From NCBI GenBank assembly GCA_030867685.1, contig JAQOWU010000008.1:1674001-1738000 (forward strand): 64,000 bases of DNA, written 5' to 3'. Source of the DNA: Wickerhamiella versatilis (Eukaryota). Shown here piece by piece: positions 51,445-62,050 of this stretch. The translations under genes and the position numbers were made by a program. Within the stretch, counting starts at the first letter, position 1, and each line of letters starts with the position of its first letter. A model generated the notes under the pieces. That model made no database searches. It worked only from the letters and a program-made list of their open reading frames with translations, and was not told where the DNA came from.

Positions 51445-53865
51445 ATGGCGTCCCTTAAGTCGTTCATCAAAAGCGTTCGTGCCGCCAAAACGCTTAGCGA
51501 TGAGCGTAACATCATTCAAAAGGAGAGTGCATCTATTCGTACCAGTTTCAGGGATGAGCGGACGAGCCGTAACCAGCGGCGCCAGAATGTTGCGAAACTC
51601 TTGTACTTGTTCACACTAGGAGAACGAACGCATTTTGGACAGGTGGAATGTTTGAAGCTTCTAGCATCTCCTCATTTCACTGACAAGCGCCTTGGATACC
51701 TGGGTACGATGCTACTTTTGGATGAGAATCAGGAAGTTTTGATGCTTGTAACAAATTCTTTGGATGCGGACCTTGGCCATCCAAATCAGTACGTTGTCTC
51801 ATTAGCTCTCTGCACCTTGGGAAACATTGCCTCCGAAACTATGGCTCGGGATCTCTTCCAGCGAGTGGAGAAGTTGATTACAGCCTCGAATCCGTACCTT
51901 AAGAAAAAGGCAGCCCTCTGTGCCCTTAGAGTGATACGGAGAGTTCCAGAGTATGAGGACATTTTTCTAGAGCATGCTAAGAGCTTATTGACCGAGCAAA
52001 GTCATGGTGTTCTTTTATGTGGAGCCAGTTTGGCAATCGATATGATAGACAACAATCCAACTCTTGTTGATTCCTTCAAGTCTGTGCTTCCTGGTATTAT
52101 CCAGGCTCTTAAGATGCTGGCATCAACTGGATACGCCCCGGAGTACGACGTCGGTGGCATTCCCGACCCATTCCTCCAGACTCGGTTAATCCGGCTACTT
52201 CGCGCTATGGGCCAGGATAATCCTGAAATAAGCGAACAAGTCAGTGATATCCTCGCCACCATAGCAACCAATACTGACCCTTCTAAAAATGTTGGTAACG
52301 CAGTCCTCTACGAGGCTGTGCTTGCAATTTTTGGCATAGCTGCGGACTCGAGCCTTCGAGTGCTAGGAATCAATATATTGGCGAAATTTTTGACCAATCG
52401 TGACAACAACACTCGCTATACAGCTCTTAATACTCTGCTAAAGGTGGTAGAGCTTGAGCCAGCGGCAGTTCAAAGGCATCGATCTACTGTCTTATCTTGT
52501 TTGGATGACTCCGACATCAGCATTAGGAGGCGAGCATTAGAGTTGAGTTACACGCTAATCAATTCTCAGAACATCAGGGTCATGATCAAGGAGCTCCTCG
52601 CTTTCCTTGAGAATTGTGACGCCGAGTTTCGGGGCCCACTTGTTTCCCAAATCGCTCTTAATGCGGAGCGGTTTGCGCCAAGTAAAAGATGGCATGTGGA
52701 TACTTTAATGCGAACTTTTGTATTGGCGGGAAATTATACCAAGGAAAATGTGTTAAGTGCATTTATTCTACTTGTCATTAGTGCTCCGGAGCTCCAATTG
52801 CTAGCAACTCAGAAGCTCTTCGCTGGCCTGAAGCATGATCTCAGTCAGAAAACTCTCACACTGGCTGCCCTGTGGCTCATAGGAGAATACGGTGATTTGC
52901 TCATCAAGTCTGGTAACTTTACCGATGAGGATTCAGGTGAGGCGATCCACATAGGACAGGGGCAACCGGTTGTGGATGTCATTGAAGCGGTACTCGCGAG
53001 CCCTTTCGCGAATGATGTCATTCGGGAATATGCCATCAATTCCTTAATCAAGCTGTCGACCCGCACCACGAGTTCCGTGGTCATTGAATCGATCCGCAAA
53101 GCACTTCAACTTAGTGAGACATCTCTTAATGCAGAGGTTCAGCAACGTGCAGTTGAGTATACAGTACTTCTTGGCCACCCTCATGTTCGTAAAGGTGTCC
53201 TTGCTAAGATGCCGCCACCTGAGTTTGGGGATGATCTCGAAGCGCAGCATGCAAAGGCACTGAGCAAGGCGTTAGTGAAAAGACGCAGAAGGCCACCTGT
53301 GTCAACAGTTTCTGCTAATTTGCCTCCAGCTGATTTACTCGACTTGGGTGATGGTGATGCTGCTCCTGCAGCGTCGGCCTCAGATGTTTTGGATGACTTA
53401 TTCTCATCATCAAAGCCTCGAACCACGGCTGCAGCTGATAAGAGTGGTAGTAAAGAACAATCCGCTAGTTCTGACTTGCTGAATGTATATTCTTCTGAAT
53501 CAGCTCCCGCAACTACATCTCCCCCTGCTACTAACGCTGTTGTTGCTTGGCAGAGTGAGGAACTCAAGCTTTCTTTCTATGGACAGCAAAATAAGCCTGG
53601 TGAAGCCTTTTTAGTGGCTCAATTTGATGCTTCGGCGCCAGTGAATGATCTGAATATGTTAGTTGCCGTGCCCAAATCACAAAGCTTAAATCTGAAGCCA
53701 CTGTCGGACTCCTCAATCACGCCTGGCCATCCAGCAAAGCAAGAAATCGTTGTTGAGGGGAAAAATGGGGCATCTATAAGGCTACGACTGAAAATTTCCT
53801 ACAATAGTGCAGGATCGCAAAAGGAGGCTCAAGTCGATGTAGCAAACCTTCCTCTGAAGCTATAA
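51445..53865 (+). CDS. APL4: AP-1 complex gamma-adaptin
   Basis: MASLKSFIKSVRAAKTL, GERTHFGQVECLKLL, DPFLQ and a C-terminal ear domain (AVPKSQSL). Confidence 0.96.
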   Translation: MASLKSFIKSVRAAKTLSDERNIIQKESASIRTSFRDERTSRNQRRQNVAKLLYLFTLGERTHFGQVECLKLLASPHFTDKRLGYLGTMLLLDENQEVLMLVTNSLDADLGHPNQYVVSLALCTLGNIASETMARDLFQRVEKLITASNPYLKKKAALCALRVIRRVPEYEDIFLEHAKSLLTEQSHGVLLCGASLAIDMIDNNPTLVDSFKSVLPGIIQALKMLASTGYAPEYDVGGIPDPFLQTRLIRLLRAMGQDNPEISEQVSDILATIATNTDPSKNVGNAVLYEAVLAIFGIAADSSLRVLGINILAKFLTNRDNNTRYTALNTLLKVVELEPAAVQRHRSTVLSCLDDSDISIRRRALELSYTLINSQNIRVMIKELLAFLENCDAEFRGPLVSQIALNAERFAPSKRWHVDTLMRTFVLAGNYTKENVLSAFILLVISAPELQLLATQKLFAGLKHDLSQKTLTLAALWLIGEYGDLLIKSGNFTDEDSGEAIHIGQGQPVVDVIEAVLASPFANDVIREYAINSLIKLSTRTTSSVVIESIRKALQLSETSLNAEVQQRAVEYTVLLGHPHVRKGVLAKMPPPEFGDDLEAQHAKALSKALVKRRRRPPVSTVSANLPPADLLDLGDGDAAPAASASDVLDDLFSSSKPRTTAAADKSGSKEQSASSDLLNVYSSESAPATTSPPATNAVVAWQSEELKLSFYGQQNKPGEAFLVAQFDASAPVNDLNMLVAVPKSQSLNLKPLSDSSITPGHPAKQEIVVEGKNGASIRLRLKISYNSAGSQKEAQVDVANLPLKL

Positions 53866-54034
53866 CTAGTACATTTCCACATGAATTACCATACCTAGAG
53901 CATATACATAAAAATTGATTTAATAGGTGTTCTTTCTTTAGTTTTAGAAAACTTCTTTTCAGCACCTAAAAATTCCGATATCAGTGATTAATTAAGCTGC
54001 ATATTATTAGAACAGCTTATAATTTGTTCAATCA

Positions 54035-54415
54035 ATGGAAGCATCATCATTCTCAGATGCATCTGGCTCGCCCTCTTCACCAGATTTACAGGCACAATCG
54101 TTGGTAGACGAACTTTTTGGTGACTCTTCAGTCACTAGTCCTGGCGTTTGGCGGCCTAAATCTAGAGAGCAATGGCGCATTGCATATCTTTCACGTCCTC
54201 GTCGTTGCCCTCATAAAGCATTGATGAACTATTATGATACCTTTGATCTCCAGAAGCCGAAAGAAGTCTCATTGAAACGTCGAAAACTTTCTACTTGGGA
54301 CACCACGGCAGGAGATGCAGATCTCTCTGGTGCAGTCTCTATAATGACAATTGAACGAGATGCTCTTGAGAACTCGATACCAGATGGTCATGATTCTGAT
54401 AGCGTTATTGAGTAG
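54035..54415 (+). CDS. Hypothetical protein, 126 aa
   Basis: ATG-initiated ORF filling the gap between APL4 and STE12, with AT-rich flanks. No family recognised. Confidence 0.5.
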   Translation: MEASSFSDASGSPSSPDLQAQSLVDELFGDSSVTSPGVWRPKSREQWRIAYLSRPRRCPHKALMNYYDTFDLQKPKEVSLKRRKLSTWDTTAGDADLSGAVSIMTIERDALENSIPDGHDSDSVIE

Positions 54416-54517
54416 TTATATTTTAATTCTCCTAAATCTTTTATTTTTCAGGAGGAGCCTCTTTTCGATCGCGAAATTTAAATATGTGACTAGAATATAT
54501 ATATACGTTCTAAGAGC

Positions 54518-55876
54518 TCAAACAGGCAAACGCCAGCCTCCAGTCTTCGCAATTCGTCCACCGTAATTACTTCCGGGAGGAGTGCTTTTATGAGAACGTT
54601 GGCTGCGCACTGGGGTCCCTATGTAGCGTGATAATGATGGAGATCGCGGGGAGGGTATCATGCTATCAGGCCATCGTAATGACTGTCGTGCGGGGGCAAG
54701 TACATCTTCTTGGCTTTGATGCGCCATGTTTACAATTTCGCCTGTAAAAGGCTCCAGCTGAAGTGGGAGCGGAGGCTGGGTTGCCGGTCTATGAAGGTAT
54801 GCGTATTCCCTGTAACGATTATCAAATGATTGATTAAAGTTGAACGCGCTGCGTATATCTTCGCGTACCAAAAACTCCAGGGGAAAGTCATTTTCAATGT
54901 CTGGTAGCACTTCACCAAAGTCCATTGCGGGCTGTGGTGTGATGTAGGCATCAGAAGGGTTATCATTGCTTGAGGGCGTATAATATCCTGCATGCTGATA
55001 AGGCTTCCTCGGTATATCATTAGCACAATTTTCGTACAATTCGTGTGGTGGCTTCATATGTATTGGTGACCCTAGAGAGGGTCCAAAAGAGGGTAGGCCA
55101 GTAGGCATTGTTGTTGTTGCTACATCTGAAGATAGCAACTGGCCTGGGGCATAGACAGCATCCGGAAGCACTAGAGCTTCAACTATGGCTACTAAATTTT
55201 GGGACATTTTCTTTAAAGCATTGGGCAATTGTTCTTCCAAAGACGTTGATGAATCAAACTTAAGTGAAAGAGCTGGTTCTCGAACTGCTACCGTGGATGC
55301 TGCACTGCTTGTTCCGTCAGTTCCATTTAAACCGGCCTCTTTCTTCAGTTCACGTTCCAATGCGTCGAGAAAAAGTCTCTCGTGACGTATAGAATACCAA
55401 AAGAAAACCTTCTGCTTCTTTTTTGTCCGCACACAATGATGCTTGTATAGGAACTCTAGGAGTTCCGATTTAGGATTTTCCAAGGTGGCATCTAAATTAA
55501 TCTTCAAATTTCTCAAGTCAGAAAAGATGCCTTCTTCAAACTTCTTACGATTCACAATATCGCGCCCGAAAGCAGCAAAACGATGAACTAAAGCACGTAC
55601 AATATCTGTGCCTGTCATATAAAAGACATTGTTCCAACGTACGCACGATATTTGCTCTTCACTTGGTAGACGGTACTGCCTTATGATGTCGCTACCACTG
55701 AATTTCACTGGAGCTGCAAGAAGGAATTCCTTCAATTGAGCGACATCTCTCAGCACCTCGTTTACTCGAGAATCCTCCTGTATGTTATCACTAAAATCAG
55801 AGACATGTGTTTCAACGTTTTTACTAGGCTTTTCATCAGTTTCAATGGGGAGAAGGGGATCTGTATCAACTCTCAT
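54518..55876 (-). CDS. STE12: STE-domain transcription factor Ste12
   Basis: LKEFLLAAP, ISCVRWNNVFYMTGTDIVR, KKFEEGIFSDLRNLK and RTKKKQKVFFWYS. Confidence 0.94.
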   Translation of the reverse strand: MRVDTDPLLPIETDEKPSKNVETHVSDFSDNIQEDSRVNEVLRDVAQLKEFLLAAPVKFSGSDIIRQYRLPSEEQISCVRWNNVFYMTGTDIVRALVHRFAAFGRDIVNRKKFEEGIFSDLRNLKINLDATLENPKSELLEFLYKHHCVRTKKKQKVFFWYSIRHERLFLDALERELKKEAGLNGTDGTSSAASTVAVREPALSLKFDSSTSLEEQLPNALKKMSQNLVAIVEALVLPDAVYAPGQLLSSDVATTTMPTGLPSFGPSLGSPIHMKPPHELYENCANDIPRKPYQHAGYYTPSSNDNPSDAYITPQPAMDFGEVLPDIENDFPLEFLVREDIRSAFNFNQSFDNRYREYAYLHRPATQPPLPLQLEPFTGEIVNMAHQSQEDVLAPARQSLRWPDSMIPSPRSPSLSRYIGTPVRSQRSHKSTPPGSNYGGRIAKTGGWRLPV

Positions 55877-56519
55877 TTTTCAAACGGGGGTTTGTTTCAA
55901 TGTGCAAGAGTAAGTATATAACAACGACGGATGACAATGAAGCTCTAGAAGTACGTTAGAGCAATGCACGTTTGGGTATAGTTGAGAGAATGAAACTTTG
56001 GGGGTATTAAGTTCTATTGTTACAACAACAGAAGACATTGGGAGACTCCTAGTATATGTATCATCCAATCTATTCAATTATTACATGTTTAACATGCGTG
56101 TTTCGCATAAAATACTGGTCAAAGTTTCAAAAGTTGAAGCCTAAAGTCCCAATAAGTCATCTGGCAGTGACGCATCACGCATGCTTACGCGCGATGAAGC
56201 TGTAATTAATATTTATAGTATTATATGTATACGCCAAGAATAAATTTCTAGCATAGAAGTTCAAGGATAAGGGAGATAATCATCCTCCCCCACGATGATA
56301 AGGTTAGACTTCAAGTTGTCATATTGTTTCCAATTTCAGAATAAATGATACGCAAGATGCTCACTAGTAAGCTAAGAAGAAGTAATTTATAATTATTAAC
56401 ATGTCTTTTTCCTAGATAATTGCAATTTAGTACCGTATATTCTTGGTTACTTTCAATGAGAGAAGAAAATATGGCCAGAGCACATGATCTCTGCTTTAGT
56501 CACATTCGTAATCATCACT

Positions 56520-56855
56520 ATGTCAGGTTCGGATAAACGAAGAGAAGATCTAATTGTGCCGTACGTTCACAAGCCCGAGGAGAAAGGGAAATCCGGTACT
56601 TCTATGATGTCGCAGTCTATGCCGATGGCTGCTATGTTCATGAAGTCCAAATTGCTTGCATGGTGTGGTCTTCTCTCGAGTATCCAAACTTACTTGAATG
56701 AGCCTGAGTTTCCGGCGTCAGATGCCACGCCAGCTTGGATGGCTGTATCAACTGCTGTTCTTAGTCTTTGCGTCACTTATATGGATTTTGTATTCCACCG
56801 ACCAGTGCCGCCGCGTCCAGGTGGTCAGCCCGCCCCTCAAGCCAGCGCAACATAA
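56520..56855 (+). CDS. PAT complex subunit Asterix-like small ER membrane protein
   Basis: KRREDLIVPY, SMPMAAMFMKSKLLAW and hydrophobic segments. An alternative in-frame ATG exists at 56484. Confidence 0.72.
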   Translation: MSGSDKRREDLIVPYVHKPEEKGKSGTSMMSQSMPMAAMFMKSKLLAWCGLLSSIQTYLNEPEFPASDATPAWMAVSTAVLSLCVTYMDFVFHRPVPPRPGGQPAPQASAT

Positions 56856-57067
56856 AGTTTGAATCCACCTAATATGTGTTTCAGAGTTTAACGTTTAGAT
56901 TTCGAGCAATATGATTCCATATTACAGTACGTTTCTGGAAAATGACGCGAGTCGTTTCAGAATTAATGCCTCTCGATGACAATAAAAAACGCAAAGCATT
57001 TTATAAAATTCTATTTGTCTCAGAAATTAAGAAATAGGATTTTTTTTCTTTGCTATATATATCCTTA

Positions 57068-59653
57068 CTATAGGTTTTCCGCTAATAACTCTGACACTTC
57101 ACTGTTCGTTGAGCGAAGCTGCACTTTACCCGCGACACCAGCACGGTTCGTACGTACAAGCCTAACAATAGCAGCAATGGGCTCCCTCGAAATGGCCGAT
57201 TCTCCATAAAGTTTGAGCGTATGTGTGGTGGCAGACGAGTCAGGTTTTTCTGTCCCATCAAGAGCCACAGCGCCTAGTCTGCTCTCCAGGTGCTTAACTG
57301 CATCACCGATACTCTTGCACTGAGAGAATTGACGCGTTGCAGTAGCCTCCTGGGCAGGACCAAGCTCCTCCCATTTATGGTCAAATGATCCTATAAATGT
57401 GGGACGAACGTAGATAGCTGGCGTAATCTCCAAATCATCCATAGCATATTCTTCTGGTGAGCCTTCATCATCTTCTTCCTCTTTGAACATAAACTGTAGA
57501 CGACTTGTGATAGCTCCCAACCACAATCCTGCGCTGTTACCGAATCCCACATAGGCAGAATCTTGTTCGCCAGTCTTGAGTTGGATAATTGGTTTTCTCC
57601 ACTCTTCTTCAAGTCCTTCCTCATCTGGTTCAGCGATAGCGTCAATTAGGTCGAGAACGCAGTTATAAGTATTCTTGACATCGTACTGGACAACCACATT
57701 TGACTCAAATATATGCACAACTGCCTTGACAACGTATTCCATCTCTTCGTCTGTAAGAGGAATAGGCTGAGATGAATGAAGAAGCTTGCCATAACCTTCA
57801 GTTTCTGGTATCTTCGCTAATTCTTCAGCATACTTTTCAAAGTCAACACTGGGCTCCAGCTGCTGAGGCGTTGCAGTACCACTGTTGGCAACAATTTCAT
57901 CTTGTGCCTCTAATATTTCAATGTTTGGCTTCTTATCACCCGCTTCCACGAGTTGTACTTGCGATGCATCAAAAGGTTGATCAAAAGAACCTGTGGCTAA
58001 GTATGTCTGTAACTGCTGCTCGAGTTGGCCAAGTGCAAACTGTTGTTTTGGCAACCCAATGATAAGCCCATTAAGTGCAAGGGACGCCCTATCACGTACC
58101 TCATCATTCTTATCGGTCACGCATTGTCTCAAAAGCATCCGCACTGGTTTCTCCAGATCACCTTGGGCAAACTTGGATAGTGCCGAGACAGCTGCTGCTC
58201 TCACAACACTGTTTTCCAAAACTACCCGGTTGTAGATGTATCTCACATACTGCGCAGCATCCTCTTGCTGAGGTCCCATCTTTCCAAGCAGATAGAGCAC
58301 ACGGACAGTGACTTGAGGGTACTCACAATCTTCCATACACTCGCAGAGATAAGTGAGAGCTTGACGCGAGGATGCCAGAGATGTTGTTGGCGATCCAATT
58401 ATATCTGAAACAGCTTCCACGATAGCTAGCTTAAGTGGAAGGCCGCCTTCCTGCCGCAACTCATCACCAAAGAATGCAAGCATTCGGTTATGCTTGGTTG
58501 GGAAGCGACGGGCAAGACTTCGAATAGCATCCACAACTATCACTCGGAAGTCATCACCAATATCACCCATGAAGTTTCCGATTTGGTCTATTAGGCGATC
58601 TACGCTTTCCTCTTGCCCAGTCTTCAACAGGGCTGTTACTGCGTATGTCGCGATGCTTCGGTTTGGATCTGCAATAAGGACCTCAAACTCAGCATTACAA
58701 CCGGCTACTGCCTCTGGGTGGACCATGGCAAATCTGTTGAGTGTTCGGATAGCTGCAAAACGGGAAGGAGCTCTTGGAGATCCCAGGTAAGCCTGAAGCC
58801 TTCTAACCGCCACTGAAGACTCCTCAGGGACTTGAAGTGTGCGCAGCTTGAGTATCGTCCTGGCCGCTTCAAACTGAACCATATCGCTACGGTGGGTGAG
58901 CATTTGTTGCAGCAAGCCAAAGAGTTGAGGCCTGAGAGATGCATCTTCATCAACAAGGGGTCCGATGAGCCTTATAAGTAAGACTGCAGCAGGAGAAGAG
59001 CGAAGCGTACCAGACCCAGCCTGTTGAATTAGCTTGAGTAGGGCCATTTTATCATGAGAACGCATGTGGTAGAGAAGCCCCAATGCATGATATTGGCCAA
59101 TACCACTTGCGTTCATCAAAACACCCTGCGTCTCCGTAGCCCATCTCCTCACAGTGTCACGGGACACGTTGAGCAGGTGGTACGCACTTACAAGGGCAGC
59201 GTTAGACACAGCCTGGTCTGAATCTACTATTGCGGCACGCATCAAACGCTCGATGCTCTCGATACTCTGGACATCAAGGATCAGAGCAAGTGCCCGCAGG
59301 GCATTCGGGCGGTATATAGCCGAATGAGCGCTCTGAACGTCACGCATTATAATCGCCATTCCCATGATGGCATTATCTGTTAGCGGGCAAATCTCCTTGA
59401 TAGCAAGGTAAACCATCTGCCTCAAACCAGGGTTTTCCTTTTGAAATAGTTTTGTGATAGTGAAGAACAGTTGAGTTGCATCCTGCTCCGTAAACGACTC
59501 TCCAACGTAAAAGAGACGAACAAGACGCGTCAAAAGCTCCCTGCATTTTTCTGACTCCACAGAACTATCGTTGAAGTTGGATACGCATTGCTGGAACACT
59601 GTCATTTTGTCCAGCCCAGCATCTGCGTCGTCCATCCGTCGATACGTTGACAT
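57068..59653 (-). CDS. SEC21: Coatomer gamma subunit
   Basis: LRQMVYLAIKE, NRSIATYAVTALLKTG, LCECMEDCEY and YIYNRVVLEN. Confidence 0.96.
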   Translation of the reverse strand: MSTYRRMDDADAGLDKMTVFQQCVSNFNDSSVESEKCRELLTRLVRLFYVGESFTEQDATQLFFTITKLFQKENPGLRQMVYLAIKEICPLTDNAIMGMAIIMRDVQSAHSAIYRPNALRALALILDVQSIESIERLMRAAIVDSDQAVSNAALVSAYHLLNVSRDTVRRWATETQGVLMNASGIGQYHALGLLYHMRSHDKMALLKLIQQAGSGTLRSSPAAVLLIRLIGPLVDEDASLRPQLFGLLQQMLTHRSDMVQFEAARTILKLRTLQVPEESSVAVRRLQAYLGSPRAPSRFAAIRTLNRFAMVHPEAVAGCNAEFEVLIADPNRSIATYAVTALLKTGQEESVDRLIDQIGNFMGDIGDDFRVIVVDAIRSLARRFPTKHNRMLAFFGDELRQEGGLPLKLAIVEAVSDIIGSPTTSLASSRQALTYLCECMEDCEYPQVTVRVLYLLGKMGPQQEDAAQYVRYIYNRVVLENSVVRAAAVSALSKFAQGDLEKPVRMLLRQCVTDKNDEVRDRASLALNGLIIGLPKQQFALGQLEQQLQTYLATGSFDQPFDASQVQLVEAGDKKPNIEILEAQDEIVANSGTATPQQLEPSVDFEKYAEELAKIPETEGYGKLLHSSQPIPLTDEEMEYVVKAVVHIFESNVVVQYDVKNTYNCVLDLIDAIAEPDEEGLEEEWRKPIIQLKTGEQDSAYVGFGNSAGLWLGAITSRLQFMFKEEEDDEGSPEEYAMDDLEITPAIYVRPTFIGSFDHKWEELGPAQEATATRQFSQCKSIGDAVKHLESRLGAVALDGTEKPDSSATTHTLKLYGESAISREPIAAIVRLVRTNRAGVAGKVQLRSTNSEVSELLAENL

Positions 59654-59925
59654 GCTGGCGGATGACTAATGTAGTCATCTGGGCAGACATGGATTTATTT
59701 GTTCGAAATCAAGATTTCCTGGTTTAAATTGAGAAGGTAAGTTCTAGTAACACTTGTTAAACTATAAGTACACGTTCCATTCACCGATTTCTACCTATTT
59801 TAGAATACTTTTTTGTGAGTGTAAATTAGGGTATTTAACAAACTAAGCTCGAGATGTTCATAGCAGCTTACAGTCAGGAAGATTAAAACGATAAAACAAA
59901 ACCAAGTTTATTGACTATATGATCT

Positions 59926-61557
59926 TTAATAAATACCATCTTCGAGTATACGACGTGAGTTGGTCGACTCCGTTCCTCCAAGAATCACCCGCATCGTGGG
60001 ATTAGATTTGTTAAATTCGGCAACAATTCTTGCTTCTTCATAGGTGACCCCGCCAAGAATGAATACAATGACATTTTCAGGTGGAACATTTTCTGGAGCC
60101 TGCAGGCCTCCGCTTTGATCTCTAGGCTTCACAACAGGATACTTAGTACGAGGGAGCCTACCTTTTGTCAATTGTCCAAGTAGAGTTTCTAGCAAAGGCT
60201 TGTGTTGGGTGAAAACATTTTCAACTCCTCTAAGCCCTTTAAGACCTTGTTGAGCGCGCAATAGAATCGACCCCTCATTAAATAAATCTTCCTGAGGGGC
60301 CGCCTTCAGGACACCTTCGAGATTGGCACGGAGCTGTGGGTCGGGAGAGGTAGCATCAAGCATCCCAAGTAATGCCTGAATGGCACAGTGCGGATGAGAG
60401 GCATAGTGTAAGCCATATAGTGCCACAAGCCGGTACTTTACTATAGCCGAAAGAGCTTCATTAGCTAACATTTGTTGAAGCTGGCGGAGATCTTCCTGGT
60501 GATTTCCGCTGCAGGCCAAATTTTGTTCAAGCTCACTAACAGCTAGTAGATGTGTTTGATCAACTATGCGACTCAATTCGCCGACAAGAGCAACATGCTT
60601 CGACACATTACCTCCTAATCGGCGGAATTCTGGATAATCCTCAATGAAACGCTTCATATCTGCTACAGTATCAATGTTCCCATTTGTCTTGGATTTTGAC
60701 TGGTAATGTTGGACATACTCTCGTACTGCAGCGCCTAGATCGCCAAAATTAAGATACATGGCTCTGGCGAAAAAGCTGTCTTGATCCTGTGAAAGTACAA
60801 TCTCCTGATGATCCGGGGATATATCTGGAGCACCACTAAGATCAACTCGATTATTGGTGATTCCTATAAGCTCATCAACCATAGCCTGATATGTCCAATG
60901 CGTTAGAAGTGGGGTGAGCGGATCATTCAGGCGGTCAAGAACAAGGAGAAGTGGCGACGTGTCTCTCTTCGGCGCACCGTCAAAGAGACCTGCATTTTCA
61001 CTGAGCAGGTCACTAATTTGCCTGGCAAAACGAGAGCTTCGCGGGCTGTTGGCATCATGGACAATTTCAGGACGAAGTTTCGTACTTAGAAGTGTAGACA
61101 GAAGCGAATCCAGAGCTCGGTCACTGGGTGGTTGAAACGTTCCACTTGTAAAGAAATCACGATTAATTTTGTAAAAGTCACAAAACATCTCTTGTACCCT
61201 TACTACCGCTTCATGGTCGTCCGCCTCAGCAAGCCGCTCGAGTTGGCTGTTACGAACAACATTGCTAAACACTATGGAGTAACTCGCATAACGTGGTATT
61301 CTGAGTTCTTCAACAAGCTGATTGATTGTTTCTGAGCTTGGTCGTACAAATGCAACACACCCCAAGTGTCTCATCTTCTGACGAGCTGGATTGTCAAGCC
61401 TGTCTGTGAGAAAGACGTCATTCTTTAGAAGTGTCGACTGGGTGGCAATCAGGGATAGCATCCCAGTTGTCTCTGCATCAAGCAGCAGAATTTTGGCCTT
61501 CTCGTCGCCCTCCACAAGACGGTCCACATAGCCAGCTGTGATGCGAGAGAGGTCCAT
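59926..61557 (-). CDS. VPS45: Sec1/Munc18-family protein Vps45
   Basis: LERLAEADDHE, DPLTPLLTHWTYQAM, LGGNVSKHVALVGELSR and GVENVFTQH. Confidence 0.95.
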   Translation of the reverse strand: MDLSRITAGYVDRLVEGDEKAKILLLDAETTGMLSLIATQSTLLKNDVFLTDRLDNPARQKMRHLGCVAFVRPSSETINQLVEELRIPRYASYSIVFSNVVRNSQLERLAEADDHEAVVRVQEMFCDFYKINRDFFTSGTFQPPSDRALDSLLSTLLSTKLRPEIVHDANSPRSSRFARQISDLLSENAGLFDGAPKRDTSPLLLVLDRLNDPLTPLLTHWTYQAMVDELIGITNNRVDLSGAPDISPDHQEIVLSQDQDSFFARAMYLNFGDLGAAVREYVQHYQSKSKTNGNIDTVADMKRFIEDYPEFRRLGGNVSKHVALVGELSRIVDQTHLLAVSELEQNLACSGNHQEDLRQLQQMLANEALSAIVKYRLVALYGLHYASHPHCAIQALLGMLDATSPDPQLRANLEGVLKAAPQEDLFNEGSILLRAQQGLKGLRGVENVFTQHKPLLETLLGQLTKGRLPRTKYPVVKPRDQSGGLQAPENVPPENVIVFILGGVTYEEARIVAEFNKSNPTMRVILGGTESTNSRRILEDGIY

Positions 61558-62050
61558 GTAAGCCTTATGTAAAGACGGTCAAGAATATTTACTCCACAAC
61601 TGACCCAGGATCTTTCCGTGTTGACAGCAAGGAGTGGTGCCTGAAAACAAGAATTCCCCTCTATATGCCAATCTGTGGTATCGTGCCGGAAATAAACAGG
61701 GAGGGGGAGATGAACAATTCTTGAGTGGGACACACTGGCGTTCCAATTAGTGCTCTAGCGTTTCACTTGGAATTGTGAATATGCCAAGACAAAGCCAATA
61801 CAGATTCAGTTCAGGGTGTAAAACAAGAACAAAAACAAGACAGGAATATTAAAATGGTCTTTCTGTGATACTATATGATTACATACACCCTCTCTCGTGG
61901 ATGTAATTGCAACAAAATTATTTGAATGGGGTCAGACCATATCATTGAGGGCTGATTCGTTTCTAATTGAAGCAAGCACATGGCTCAAAGAGAGGGTCTC
62001 ATAATGCCAATAGCCAGAAAATGCCTGGCTGAGTAATAGTAAAGTTAGCA

